Shown: positions 37,677 to 49,570 of the stretch, piece after piece | Position numbering within the stretch: the stretch's first letter is position 1 | Layout: each line of letters starts with the position of its first letter | Source: Paraspadella gotoi | Lineage: Eukaryota; Animalia; Chaetognatha | Length of the DNA stretch: 64,000 nucleotides | Reading direction: 5' to 3' | NCBI GenBank assembly: GCA_051294375.1 | Contig: CM119268.1 | Location: 21,968,010-22,032,009, forward strand | Translations under genes and position numbers: made by a program | The notes under the pieces: model-generated | Told to the model about the DNA's origin: nothing | Seen by the model: only the letters and a program-made list of their open reading frames with translations | Database searches by the model: none

Positions 37677-37851
37677 AAATGACTGATTTAGAGATTGTTA
37701 AAAAGGACTGTGAGCGGTCTTAATTCCACCCTAAGAAATTTAACATTAAATTCTCAATTATATATTAAACCTTTACTCTATTTTCTTAAATAAGATATAA
37801 AAAAGTTTTGTCAATTTTTTTTCTTTTCAAAAGTTTTCTATTTAGGAGAAA

Positions 37852-38753
37852 ATGAGCGTCGTGGAAAAAGATAAGCGAGAGTATGAGGCTCTCGTTAAAA
37901 GGTATGGTTAAGTATCTATAAAACAGGGTATCAACAATACATAGAAAAAATGGAAAGAAAAGAGAGCCCTGGGCCGACGAGGTGACATCAGGTCACTCTT
38001 CTATTTTTAGAATCTGCGAGTTCAACGTGAAGATGAACAATCCTTGGGGGATCAACAAAGATTACGACCCGATGAATCTCATGACCCGGAAAGATCAAGA
38101 AGGAAAAACCGGAGAGACAAAGTCAGTTGACATCAATCGTCATTATCGTCATGGCTTTTTCTGTAAGAGATGATTAATAAATGAGATTGAATTCCTCAAA
38201 CTCATTTACATATTGTAGTAATCTTAATAACTTCGTTTTTATTTTGGATTTTAACATTAGTTCTGTTTTGTTTAGGTTTTTAAGAAGCTAATTATAGTCT
38301 TTATCGATGTTAATTATTAACTATGAATATGAAGATTAGCAATATTATTTATTTCTACGAAATTGTCATTGATAATTTTTGTATTCAAATTCAAAACATT
38401 CTCAGATCAGAGGGGGATTTGCCGCCCTGTCCTGATGAAGATGAGGAGGAGGAGGAAGAGAAGAAAAAGGCGAAAACGAAATGCGAATGCAGGTTTCAAT
38501 TTCCGATTGATTGATTGATTTCTTCATTTTGCTTATTATAAATCCTTCTATATCAATTCGCTTTATGAGTAAATTGGGTCGGAAGATATGGATAGTGCCA
38601 CTAGTGATTAGTGGTTAGTAATTGTTTGCCGAACTGGGCCTTTCTTTGTTTTATTTTAATTAGCTTGTATCATACTTCATCTTTGGTCCGCCTATTTCTC
38701 CCTCTTTTCTCTCGTTCTTTATCTTTTTCTTTCTTGAACTGGACTTCTCTTTC

Positions 38754-38847
<94 letters not shown>

Positions 38848-39360
38848 CATCATTTCCAAGAATCGATTTTTGTTTCTTCGTCTTTTGTTTTTCACTTTTG
38901 TTTTGAGTTGAAAAGAGGGAGAATGATCGTCGTCGTCGCTGTCATCGTCAACGTAGTCGCCGTCGTTGTCATCATCGTTGTCGTCATCTTCGGCTTAGTC
39001 ATTATTATCGTCGCAGTCGCTGTCATTGTTGTCGATATCGTTGTCGTCAACTTCGGCGTCGTCGTCATCGTCCGCACGATAATCGTTCTGCCTTATGGTT
39101 CTTTCATTCACGCGTCTTCTTTGTGTCCGACGTCGTTCAATCTTTTCTCAAAATGATCCATATTTTCTCGGAAAAGAAACAGATGTCGTCTCAGCGTTTG
39201 AGCTCCTGTGTTTAACTTATAACATGCACTACATTTGAAGAATTATAAATCATGAAATGGTAAGAATGATTATTTTGACTTTATTTGTCTTTTTGTAGCA
39301 AAAAATGTTACATGTTTGCGTATTAACTTCACTCTGGAAACAGAAAAAGTAGTAAGAGTA

Positions 39361-39404
<44 letters not shown>

Positions 39405-40910
39405 AATGAGAGAGATTTAGTTTTCACCAAGAAAATGAGAGAGAAACAATAAGAAGAAAGTTGAAAGTCGACTGTAGAGAGTAGAGACTTCATTTATGAC
39501 TTAAATTACGAGCCAATCATTGCCTTAACCTTTCACCTTCACTCAAACACGAGGCCCCCCTAATCCCTATGACCCACACTGGATGCCCCCTGATCACCTT
39601 AAAGCACCAACCTCAGCCCATGATCCCCGACACCTCGACCCCCAGATGCCCTCGACCCGAGATCCACCTTCTCGTCATCGCGGGCATCATTCCTCCTTGT
39701 GTAAAGGAGGAGGAAGAGGAGGAGGAAAAAGACGATGCAGACTGCGAGGAGGTAATGGCATAGGGGGGAGATGGCAATGGATGAGAGGTGATGGCAGAAT
39801 GGCAGTTGAGGCGGTATGGCGATTACCATAAGGGTTGTATAACGCGAGGAAATGGCAAATAAAATGGCACGTCTAAAGATAAATGGAATGGCAAAACTTA
39901 GCGAAACTCAAAAGTTCACGTTTCTACTATTTTAATAATTGAATAATTATATTTATTATTTTTGTTAAATAATAATAATTTAATAATGATTATCATAATT
40001 ATAATAGTTATGATGTTCTTAATCTAGTTCTAAATCTCCGTCAGAAAGCGAAACGCTGTCCGACGTGGACTTTGAAATCGGGAAGCGGATGATCTACGAC
40101 AAAAAGAGAGGAATGACTCCCTGGATATTCGGGTCAGGAATGGGGGGGGAGAGGACATATGTAGCGGGCATTGATCACTGACCAGGTTGAACTGACCAGT
40201 GACCACGTTCAAGTCGTAATTTCCCTTTTCACGGACAAGAGATCACGTTAATAATTTAAGGAAGGACTGTGAGTCTGTGACAGTTTGGACATTTTGGAAA
40301 AACGATCGCGAATTTTATTGATTGAGTCACGAATGATTTTGAGATGTGAAAAAAAAAATACTTTCGACGAGGATGGGATTCGAACCCACGCGTGCAGAGC
40401 ACATTGGATTAGCAGTCCAACGCCTTAACCGCTCGGCCACCTCGTCCCTTACGTGATTATGTATAATCTTTATCATATCGTCATTATCATTATCAGCACG
40501 GAATCACTACTCGGTATTAACATATCAGGAGAGAAACAACAATGAATCAATAGCCACGACTTAGTAAGCACTTAGGAATCACTAAGTAACCACGAAGTAG
40601 TACCCAACATCGCTGCTATAATATTGTATATATCATATAATATATAAAATTAAGAGATTATCAATGACGAATGAACGAATGATTATTGAATCTTTTACTT
40701 TACGATTACACGAGAGTTCGTTCCCGACACATTCTTCCCCCCCCCCTTAAGGTCACGTGCCCGGAATGGTCACCTGCGCCTTCGGCCACAATTGGGGCGA
40801 CGACACTCGAATGGTCCTCAAGAGAACCAAGTCTGACGAAAAGTTTAAGAATGGGAAAAGTTTCGACGTGGAGAGATATTGGAGAGAGAGATCGAAGAGG
40901 AAGTGAGGGA
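37852..40910 (+). CDS. Uncharacterised multi-exon gene (model uncertain, runs into the gap)
   Basis: In-phase exons 37852-37901, 38011-38121, 38406-38492 give MSVVEKDKREYEALVKRICEFNVKMNNPWGINKDYDPMNL...PPCPDEDEEE. Further GC-rich exon candidates at ~39610-39751, ~40045-40132 and ~40752-40910. No domain recognised. Confidence 0.45.
40365..40446 (-). tRNA. tRNA-Ser(GCT)
   Basis: GACGAGGTGGCCGAGCGGTTAAGGCGTTGGACTGCTAATCCAATGTGCTCTGCACGCGTGGGTTCGAATCCCATCCTCGTCG: 82 nt, long variable arm, downstream oligo-T Pol III terminator. Confidence 0.97.
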
Positions 40911-40914
40911 GGGG

Positions 40915-41130
40915 NNNNNNNNNNNNNNNNNNNNNNNNNNNNNNNNNNNNNNNNNNNNNNNNNNNNNNNNNNNNNNNNNNNNNNNNNNNNNNNNNNNNNN
41001 NNNNNNNNNNNNNNNNNNNNNNNNNNNNNNNNNNNNNNNNNNNNNNNNNNNNNNNNNNNNNNNNNNNNNNNNNNNNNNNNNNNNNNNNNNNNNNNNNNNN
41101 NNNNNNNNNNNNNNNNNNNNNNNNNNNNNN
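40915..41130. other. Assembly gap (N run)
   Basis: Run of n between purine-rich low-complexity flanks. Confidence 1.
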
Positions 41131-42443
41131 AGGAGGAGAAGGAGGGAAAAGAAGGAAGACTGGAATTGAGGAGAATAGGGAATTGATGACTGATGATGAG
41201 AATAGGGATCGAAAGGAATTGGAAGACTGGATAATTGAAAAGTGAAATTGTATTTAAAATCATATTGAAAAACTTGGGAGAAATAAAACAATAAATTGAT
41301 CATCATGATTCCGTGTCTTTTCTTTGTTTATTCTTATAATTTTAAGTGTTAAATAAATCGCTTAAACATTGAGAAATATTATTTTAAAAAAAGTGAGAAA
41401 TCTTTTTTTCTCAGAAGGAAATTTGTCGCCTTTGATATAAAAAACTTAGAAAAAACTGAAAAAAGAGGCAACGAAAAAAAAACAAAAAAAAACAGAACCC
41501 AAAAAATATCCATTCGTCGGTCAAGGATGATGAAACCTCAAAAATGTAATCAACTTTTTGATAATTATGCTGAGTTTGCTGACCTTTATCTCCTGAGGTT
41601 AATTTTCGCGCCTTTATATCGGAGAGGTGGGGGGCGAATGGAATTCGTAATTTAGTCGTTTGTAACATTTTCCTAACTTTATTCGTTATCAGGACAATTG
41701 TTTTTCTATTTCAAATTTATTACGTTAATGATACAAATATATTTTACCTCATTCTGTATCATGATAAAGATTATTTTTGATTTTGTGTTAGAAAATCAAA
41801 TTAAGAAAATTTGTGTGTCTCAACTTTCTGCGCAGTTTTTTTCTCAAAAAAAGAAAAAAAATATAACAATAAAGGCCATTGTCGTATAAAGGTTAACTCA
41901 AAATATTAATTGAATCATAGTTTTAAGTTTTTGGTGGAAATAAGTGTAAAAATCCGTACTCTCTGATAGCACCGAAAAATGAGGTGCGATATCTTTGAAA
42001 GGGTGTCGTTAAAATCACTAACAAATTTTTATGCCTTTGGTTATATTCTAAGTTTTCATTATCGTCACGACTTCGAATTCTTTGCGTGCGAAATCGTTGC
42101 GTGCGAAATGGCGTCGATTTTCTGGGCGTCAACTTGTTGCGTGCGACTCATAGACGCGAGTGGATCCTGATCTCCTCTGATTGGCTAATTTCTAGCCAAT
42201 CGTTTCTGTGGAATCTTCTGATTATTTGTCGTGTCCTTTTTTTTCATGATTAAGATAAAGTTTTTATCCCTCGACACAAGATGGCGCTCGCCACAAATTA
42301 AAAACACGAATCACTAAGAAACCAAAATGGATAATGGTCCATGATAGACTTTGTATAAACTTTCTTTATTAATCGTTAAATTAAATTATAAATAAATCTT
42401 CCATAAAACTTACATTTTACCGTTCGCATTACTGACGACAAAG

Positions 42444-44900
42444 ATGTTTCCTTACGATCTACGAATTTGTCTTTTTCCTTTAATCTTTTTTTATTTGAAA
42501 ATAAGCGATGAAGGTAAGACAAAGGGTTTTTATTATTGTTAGATTATTTTTAAGTAACTCAGAAAGAATAAAAAGAAAACTCAGTAAATTTACAAAGTTG
42601 TGACATACGAGATAAACGAGTTGAGTTCAAGCGTTAAAATTATAAGATAATATCCGAAGGGTTAAAAAAAGGAAAAAAAACGGTGATTCCAATGTGTTGC
42701 GCCGCAGCGACTTTATTTTCACGTGTATTTCCCTTTGATCACATGATATGATATTACATGACATGAGTAAAAAACTTTCTTAGCCCTTGTATTTATGACA
42801 TGCATTCCTTATACTTATAGTTTTAGGATTTCCTGAAGGCGGTGCTAGCATTCCCTTAGATTAGAGTTTTTTTTCTGTCTTAACAAATGAGCAAATAGAG
42901 GCGAATTATATACATTTTTAACGCAAGTGGTACAGACCGATGGACTGACATACCGACCGACAGACCGACCGAAAAGTGACTTAAAGAGTTGCCCCTCAAC
43001 TAACAAAGCCAAAGAAGGGTAAGTTAATTCGACGAAGATCTTTTACTTCAACTTTCCCAATCCCCAACGCATTCCAGTTACATCCGCCAACCCCCCGCCT
43101 CCCGCTCCCGTCATCGTCTGCCACTTGAACCGAACGGTGACCGTGAGTCTCGACGTCCCGGATCTAATTGGAAACACGCGGAGGTGAAGACGGATTCCGC
43201 GTCGGCGAAATGTAAAAGTAAAACGGAGAAGGAAAGAAATTTGGCTTTCGACATCGACAAGGATTGCAAAATACCGGTAGAGAGTTGTGATTGATTGGTT
43301 TTGATTGATTTCATTTGATTGGTTCGTTTAAATATCGATTTGTTTAATTGTTTAACCGAATTACTTGATTAATGAAATTAGTGGTTAATGACTCGATTTG
43401 ATTTCTGGTTGATTTAATTGATTAGTGGTTAATTTCATCGGGATAATATTGCCGGTTTAATTAATTTCATTAATTGATTGAGTAGATTACCTGTTGGCTT
43501 TAATTTATTTGTTAAAACTGATTCATTGGTTGATGGATTTGATCGAAAAATTAGTTTGCTTAATTGATTGTGTAATATGAATGCTTTTGTGTGATAAGTT
43601 GGTTTGAAATATTGATATCCGACATTCTCACCGTTTGATTGATTTCTTAATTTTGTTATTGTTATTATTGTAAATATTACAATAAGTATAATTAACTCCT
43701 TACCATTAACTTTCCCAGAAAAATGTTTCCTCCAATCGGGCGACTTTTGAAATCTCTATCGTCGTTCGCGAACTATTCACGATTTCCACAGATCAGGACA
43801 CGACATTCGTGATGCACTGCATTGACCCACTCTACTCTGGTCCAGACTGGGAGATGGCCCCTATTCTGAGGTGAGGAAACTGTCCCTGTCCACAGATTGT
43901 TTGAGACAAAACTGTTTTGAAAAGTAAGACAAAATTTGACCGTCACCGTGAAATTTTTTTTTGTTATCTGACTTGCGATTTCTAAGGATGAGGGGCTTCT
44001 TATTATTACTACAATATGCAAATGAGTTTTTGGAACTCGATATTAAATAAAACGAATCAAAAGTTGCTTCCCAACGGATGGACTTATTTTTATTTAAAGA
44101 AATCAACACATTTTACAAATATGTAGAACCGAGACACTGTATGACGGAATAGGAAAATTTATTAATTAATTAATTAATTATTAAATTATTACATTTAACT
44201 CCCCACCAACTTCAGCAAAGACGGTTCCTTCGTCGTCCAACCCGCCGTCGACTCTACCCTCCAATTTCCCTCCACGCTCGTCGCCGTCGTCGTCGTCGCC
44301 GTCGTCTTCCTCGTCGTCCTCATCGTCGTCATCATCGGTGTCGCCTGCGGCTGCCGCTGCGGCGGCGGCGGCGGCGGCTGCGTTGGCGGAAGGCGGTACC
44401 GCAGGAAGACCAGGTCGGGCTGCTGTAGTTTACTCGTTAACGAGTTTGAAAACTCATTAATCATCATGAAATGTTTTTATTCGTTGCACAATGTTTGGAT
44501 AAACATAACAACTACATTGGTAGATAGTATTTTATTAATTCTATTGATACATTTTATTTCTCAATTGTATAGAAATTAAAACATTCTTTGAAACATTATA
44601 CCACTTCATTGATAGGGAAGCCAGGTACTCTGGAAGTGAATAAACTTTACTGTGAGAGTCTTGATTGAAACCTCGCAAGGACTTGCTATGTCATTATCTT
44701 GTAAGAGTGATGGAGGCCTTAAACCACCAAAACCTGTCCAAAGTCAGCAAGAAAGCCTATTTATTGAATGAATGAATAATTTTTATATTGGTTGTACTAA
44801 TTTCATAATATAATTTCAGAGTAAATTTTAATTCCTTCAATTTTCTTTTTTCATTTTCAGACGACGACATCGCAAACCATCGCCCGAGAGAATAAGATAT
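42444..44900 (+). CDS. ZP-N-only single-pass membrane protein (paralog A)
   Basis: Signal exon 42444-42513. Exon 43078-43277 (VIVCHLNRTVTVSL..NWKHAEV..AKCK..LAFDIDKDCK; 1-nt frameshift at ~43157). Exon ~43719-43870 (ATFEISIVV..FVMHCIDPLYS). Exon ~44216-44413 (TM, Cys/Gly, basic tail). Small last exon from 44861. Four ZP-N-pattern Cys. Confidence 0.7.
44580..44810 (+). repeat. Dispersed ~230-bp repeat family copy
   Basis: High similarity to the reverse complement of 37215-37450. Confidence 0.8.
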
Positions 44901-46042
44901 TGAAAAAAAAATATTTATACTGTTTGCTTCAACTTATTGTAACTGATTGTTCCTTATTGTTCTTGGTTTCTGTTCATGACCAAAGTTGTATTTTTTTGGA
45001 AATTGTGGTAGTTGTGACTTTTTTGTGATATGTTAAATACACCCTGTGTCCACATTGCTCTGACCTTTTTGCTTCTGGTTTTTGAAATTATAATTATCTA
45101 AATGCGCATTCGTTTTTTAATCAAATTTAAATTAAAAAGGAACGTGGAAAATAATGTATAGAGAAAACCATAAATATTCCCATATGTCTCCATTTTTGGT
45201 ATTGTCCATCAAATACTATTCAACTTAAAAAAAGATAATGTAGCTACAAGGATCAACCCTTGTTGAAAAAAACGAACGCATTAATTAAATAAAACAAAGT
45301 CAAAAACAAGAAATCTTTATGGCGAAAACCTCGCCCCCCCGACACGACAACAAATCTCTGCACGCAAATTGACAAAAGTAGGAATAAGAAGGTAGGTTAG
45401 ATAAAAGAAGCACTCTGATTGGTCCTTCGCAATCACTCGTCCTCCATTCATGGATCTGATTTGAGTCTTCTGTGTAATGACGTCGTACTCCCATGGGCGT
45501 TTCCTAGGAAACTAAAGAAATTTCTTTCTTCTAACATTTGGCTAGTTTTTTGTAAAGAAGAGACAAAGGGAAAAAGAGAGAAATGTATTTAGTGTATTAT
45601 GACAAAAAAAAAGATTAACTGAAGCCAAATATGAGAGAAATCAGATTGATGTAAATATGTACAAACATCGAGGAAAATAGCATTTAAAGTATTCTCAAGT
45701 ATTTTTAAAATAATATCAACTTCAAGAAATCGAAATCTTTTCGCTCGAGTTGATTTTTATATTTTGTTTTGACCGAAGGTGAGTTTATGAGTTTTTCTCT
45801 CAATTTTCTCTCTCATCTGTTTTATCTTTCTCCTCCTATTCTCTTTTTATCTCCTCCCTTCTTCTCTTTATTCTCTTATATCTTTCCTCTACTCTCTATC
45901 TTCTCTCTCTGCCCATCGTCTTTTCATCTTGTCATTTCTTCTTGTCTTTTCATCTTGTCTTTTCATCTTGTCTTTCCATTCTCTCTCGTGGCAAATCTCG
46001 GCCTTGTTTCCGGTTACTCTCTCTCTCTCTTTCTCTCTCTTT

Positions 46043-46082
<40 letters not shown>

Positions 46083-46345
46083 CCAAACTCTCTTCATCTG
46101 TTTCCACTAAATTCTAATTATAGAAAAATTCTCATCCTTTTAATTTCCATCGAATGACTTTTGTCATGAAATTTTTTTTGACACGAATTTGATAAATCAA
46201 GTGTTTTTTTTTTATCGATATAATTTAGATTTTTATAATTAAATATTTATTTTAGTTTGAATTTTAAAAACTTTTAGTATAATAACTAGCTTATTATTTA
46301 TTATTACACATTTTAACACTATAACTCTTTCTTTCTTCCAGTGAA

Positions 46346-47794
46346 ATGGAAAAACGACGTCCGAATTTTATGGTTTTGATTTTTACTACTATTTTCGTTT
46401 TCGTTCTTGCTTCAGGTGAAAATTTAATTATTACATTATAAAATAAAATTCGTTAAACTTTTTTTTAATAAGTTAAGCCAAACTACATTTAAGAAACAAG
46501 CAATTACTTTCTACATTGTACACAAACGATAATTTAAGGAAAATGACCATCTTACTTGTCTATTTTTAAATTGAATCAATTTTTCTAGCATCGAATCCAG
46601 AAGTTCGAATCCTCTGCCACATAAACCGCACCGTCACAGTCGACATCGCATCCAACGTATCCGGGTAGATCCTATGTAGCAGATGCAGCAGATGCAGCAG
46701 ATGCATACAGGAGATGCAGGCGGAATGATTGAATTTGTGCTTAGTTTGATGATTATATTATCTATATAATATAATATATATAATATGAATGGTTAATTGT
46801 GTAAAATTATTAAAAAAACCGAATCATTTCTCAATTTTTTTAGAATGAATAGTTAATAATAATTGATAATAATAATAATAATAATACTTAACTTTAACAT
46901 TACTTGATCGTTTAATTTTAATTATACAAACTTATTCAGATGGAATCACATGTACGTAAAGAGCGGATCGAACAAAGACGAATGTCGATCGGATTTAATC
47001 ACGAAAAGAATTTCTTTTAACATCGACAAGGAATGCAATTTAGAGGTTAGTGTGGCTTATGACTGTGGAAAGCTGGCAAGTGTGCGTGCGATCAGTGGTG
47101 GGTGTGGAAAGCCGTGGATGTGGTTGCCGGTAAGCTGTGGATGCGTCAGACCGCCTCGATTAAACTATGTACTCAATTTGGGATTGCGGGTTTTCCAGCT
47201 TAGCCGTTGTCATTTGTCTCCAGCCCATCTTGACTCCACAAGGCGCCATCTTTGAAATCCTCGTCATTATCGAACGCAGAGAATCGAACTTCGCCGTCGA
47301 CGAACTAAACTTTGCCAAGAATTGCGTCGACACTCGATACTCTGACCAGGACAGGAAAACCGCTCCGGCCTTGGGGTTAGCGGAGGGACGGACGGACGGA
47401 TAGAAAGGGACAGACGGACGTAGGGATAGGGAAGAAGAAAGTGGCGGAGATTGGCGAAAGGGACGGACAGACTGAGGGAGGAAACCCAGAGACATACTGA
47501 CACATGGTCTTTACAAAAGTCATTTTTACAAACAAACAAAAACAAACAAACAAAATGCCCAATACCTCGACCCACAATGACTTTTCCATCTTTGTCCACA
47601 CTCCCCACAGTGACGGCCAGTTCTTCATCGAGCCCCACAGTGACTCTGCCCTAGCGACGCAGACGACAACCGTTCTCATCGTCGTCGTCGCCATCGCTCT
47701 CGCAGTTCTCGTCCTCATTATCGTCGCTATTGTCTGCGTCACATGCGACTGCTTCGGGACTTGTTGCGGCAGGGGACAGTACAAGCGCAGGTGA
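46346..47794 (+). CDS. ZP-N-only single-pass membrane protein (paralog B)
   Basis: In-phase exons: 46346-46415 (signal), 46589-46664 (VRILCHINRTVTVDI), 46940-47046 (WNHMYV..DECR..ISFNIDKECN), 47224-47375 (AIFEILVII..AKNCVDTRYS), 47610-47794 (TM plus CVTCDCFGTCC). Colinear with paralog A. Confidence 0.78.
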
Positions 47795-48065
47795 AGGGTT
47801 GCGGCAGGGGACAGTATGGGAGTACATGAAGGGTTGCGGCAGGAGAGTAGACAAGCGTGAGGGAAGGTTGCGGCAGGGGAAAGTATGAGAGCAGGTGAAG
47901 GGTAGCGGCAGGGGGACAGTATGGGAGCCAGTGAAGGGTTGCGGCAGGGCAGGAGAGGAGACAAGCGTGAGGGTTGCTGCATAGGAGGAGACAAGCGTTA
48001 AGGAAGGTAGCGGATGGGGTCAGAACAAGCAGAGGAGACTTGCGGAAAGGGACAACGCAACCGAG
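47765..48065 (+). repeat. ~34-bp degenerate tandem repeat seeded at the end of a coding exon
   Basis: GAAGGGTTGCGGCAGGGGACAGTA... about 8 copies. The first copy is the CGRGQYKRR-coding sequence. Confidence 0.75.
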
Positions 48066-49570
48066 GGTAGAAGTCTCAGAACGGGATGCCTAAAGTATGG
48101 ACTAATGTTTTTACAGTATTAATGTATTTGCATATTTCTAAAACTTAATTACGCTTTGCATTCGATTGACACTTTTCACCGTTTTAATTTTATTTTAATT
48201 TTAAGTTTTAACTTTTTTTTTAACAAATTTTTTGGTTCTATTTCATTTAATAATTTTCGATGCTAAGATTGAACATTTATTCATTCTCATCTCATCGTCG
48301 TTGTCGTCGTTGTCATTTTTTAATCACTAATTTTAATTTTAAATTTATCTTTATTTTCTTTTACAGTATTCATTAATAAATCCTAGGTTAGTCGACGAAT
48401 AATGTTCGATTTTGTTAACTTTTAGACTAACAGAAAAAACATTAAATATACCAATCATATTAAATATAACCAAGCCAAAAAGTCGATGACTTAAGGTGAA
48501 ATCAATCAATCGAGTCGAAGCTTAAATCAAAAATTTAGATTTATGTTTAACCTGAAATGAGTCTTACATTAATTTAGATATGTATATAATATAATGATTA
48601 TAATAATAATCATTATAATAAAAGCTAAATACCAGATATAATCGTAATTCGAGTGATCGATTTCGCCTTTTGTCGACAGGACAAAAAGAAACCGGAAGCC
48701 AAGAGATGCGTTGACGCGATATTGACGGAGACTCAGCGTAGCGGAGCGTAGCGCAGTCAAGTTCAGCGCATCGCACCACCGCCAAACACAGAAAAATAAA
48801 ATGGCGTGACGCCAAACGTCACAAACGGATTCCGTTGTGGCGTAGAAGAATGAATTGTAAATGATGATATGTGAATGATTACAACGAAGTTTCTTTTTAA
48901 CGATATAATTTTTGTATTTCTTTACAAACTCAAATTCAAATGCAACAAAGTAAAAAATTCAAAACTATATTGTCAAATAGTTTGATTAAAAATATCTAAA
49001 TCGTAAAGAATTATAAATCAATAAGAATATAAGATGGAAAAAAAGAAAAGAAAAAAATAACGATGACAAAAATATTTGAACAGAAAAAGAGAAAAAAGAG
49101 GCATGATGTTAAGTTGAAAAAAGTATAAATATTTTGTAATATATATTATATATTATTTCATTTCCGCTGAGATCCGATCCGATCCGATTGGCTTTTGGTG
49201 GCTTGATACTCCTCCGAAGATATTTAGTTTTTATCTTTTTTTTCATGGAATTTCGAGGGGTTTTTTTAAAAAAGGAATCCAAATAATGAGAACAGAAAAC
49301 AGACCAAAATGAATTATAACAGTAATATTAATTTATACTGGAGAAAAACTCAATATACAATTTGTTTATGTAAAACATTGAAGTGATGATAATGAAAATA
49401 TTGTAAAATTTATCATTACTATCATGCTTGTGGTTAGCGGTTTTAACATTGTTTAAGCTCGTCTTCATATACTTTAAAAACTTCATATACTTTTAAAAAA
49501 ATTGTACATCAAATGGTATATCAAATGTAAAAAAAAATTTCCGTTTATTCTAGTCCTCAACAAAAGAGCA

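Noticed and set aside
38611-39156. ORFs over (CT)n/(AG)n/(GTC)n tracts (also 10811, 34920, 45769, 54525, 56796, 61138)
   Set aside because: Microsatellite-derived open frames with no protein signal.
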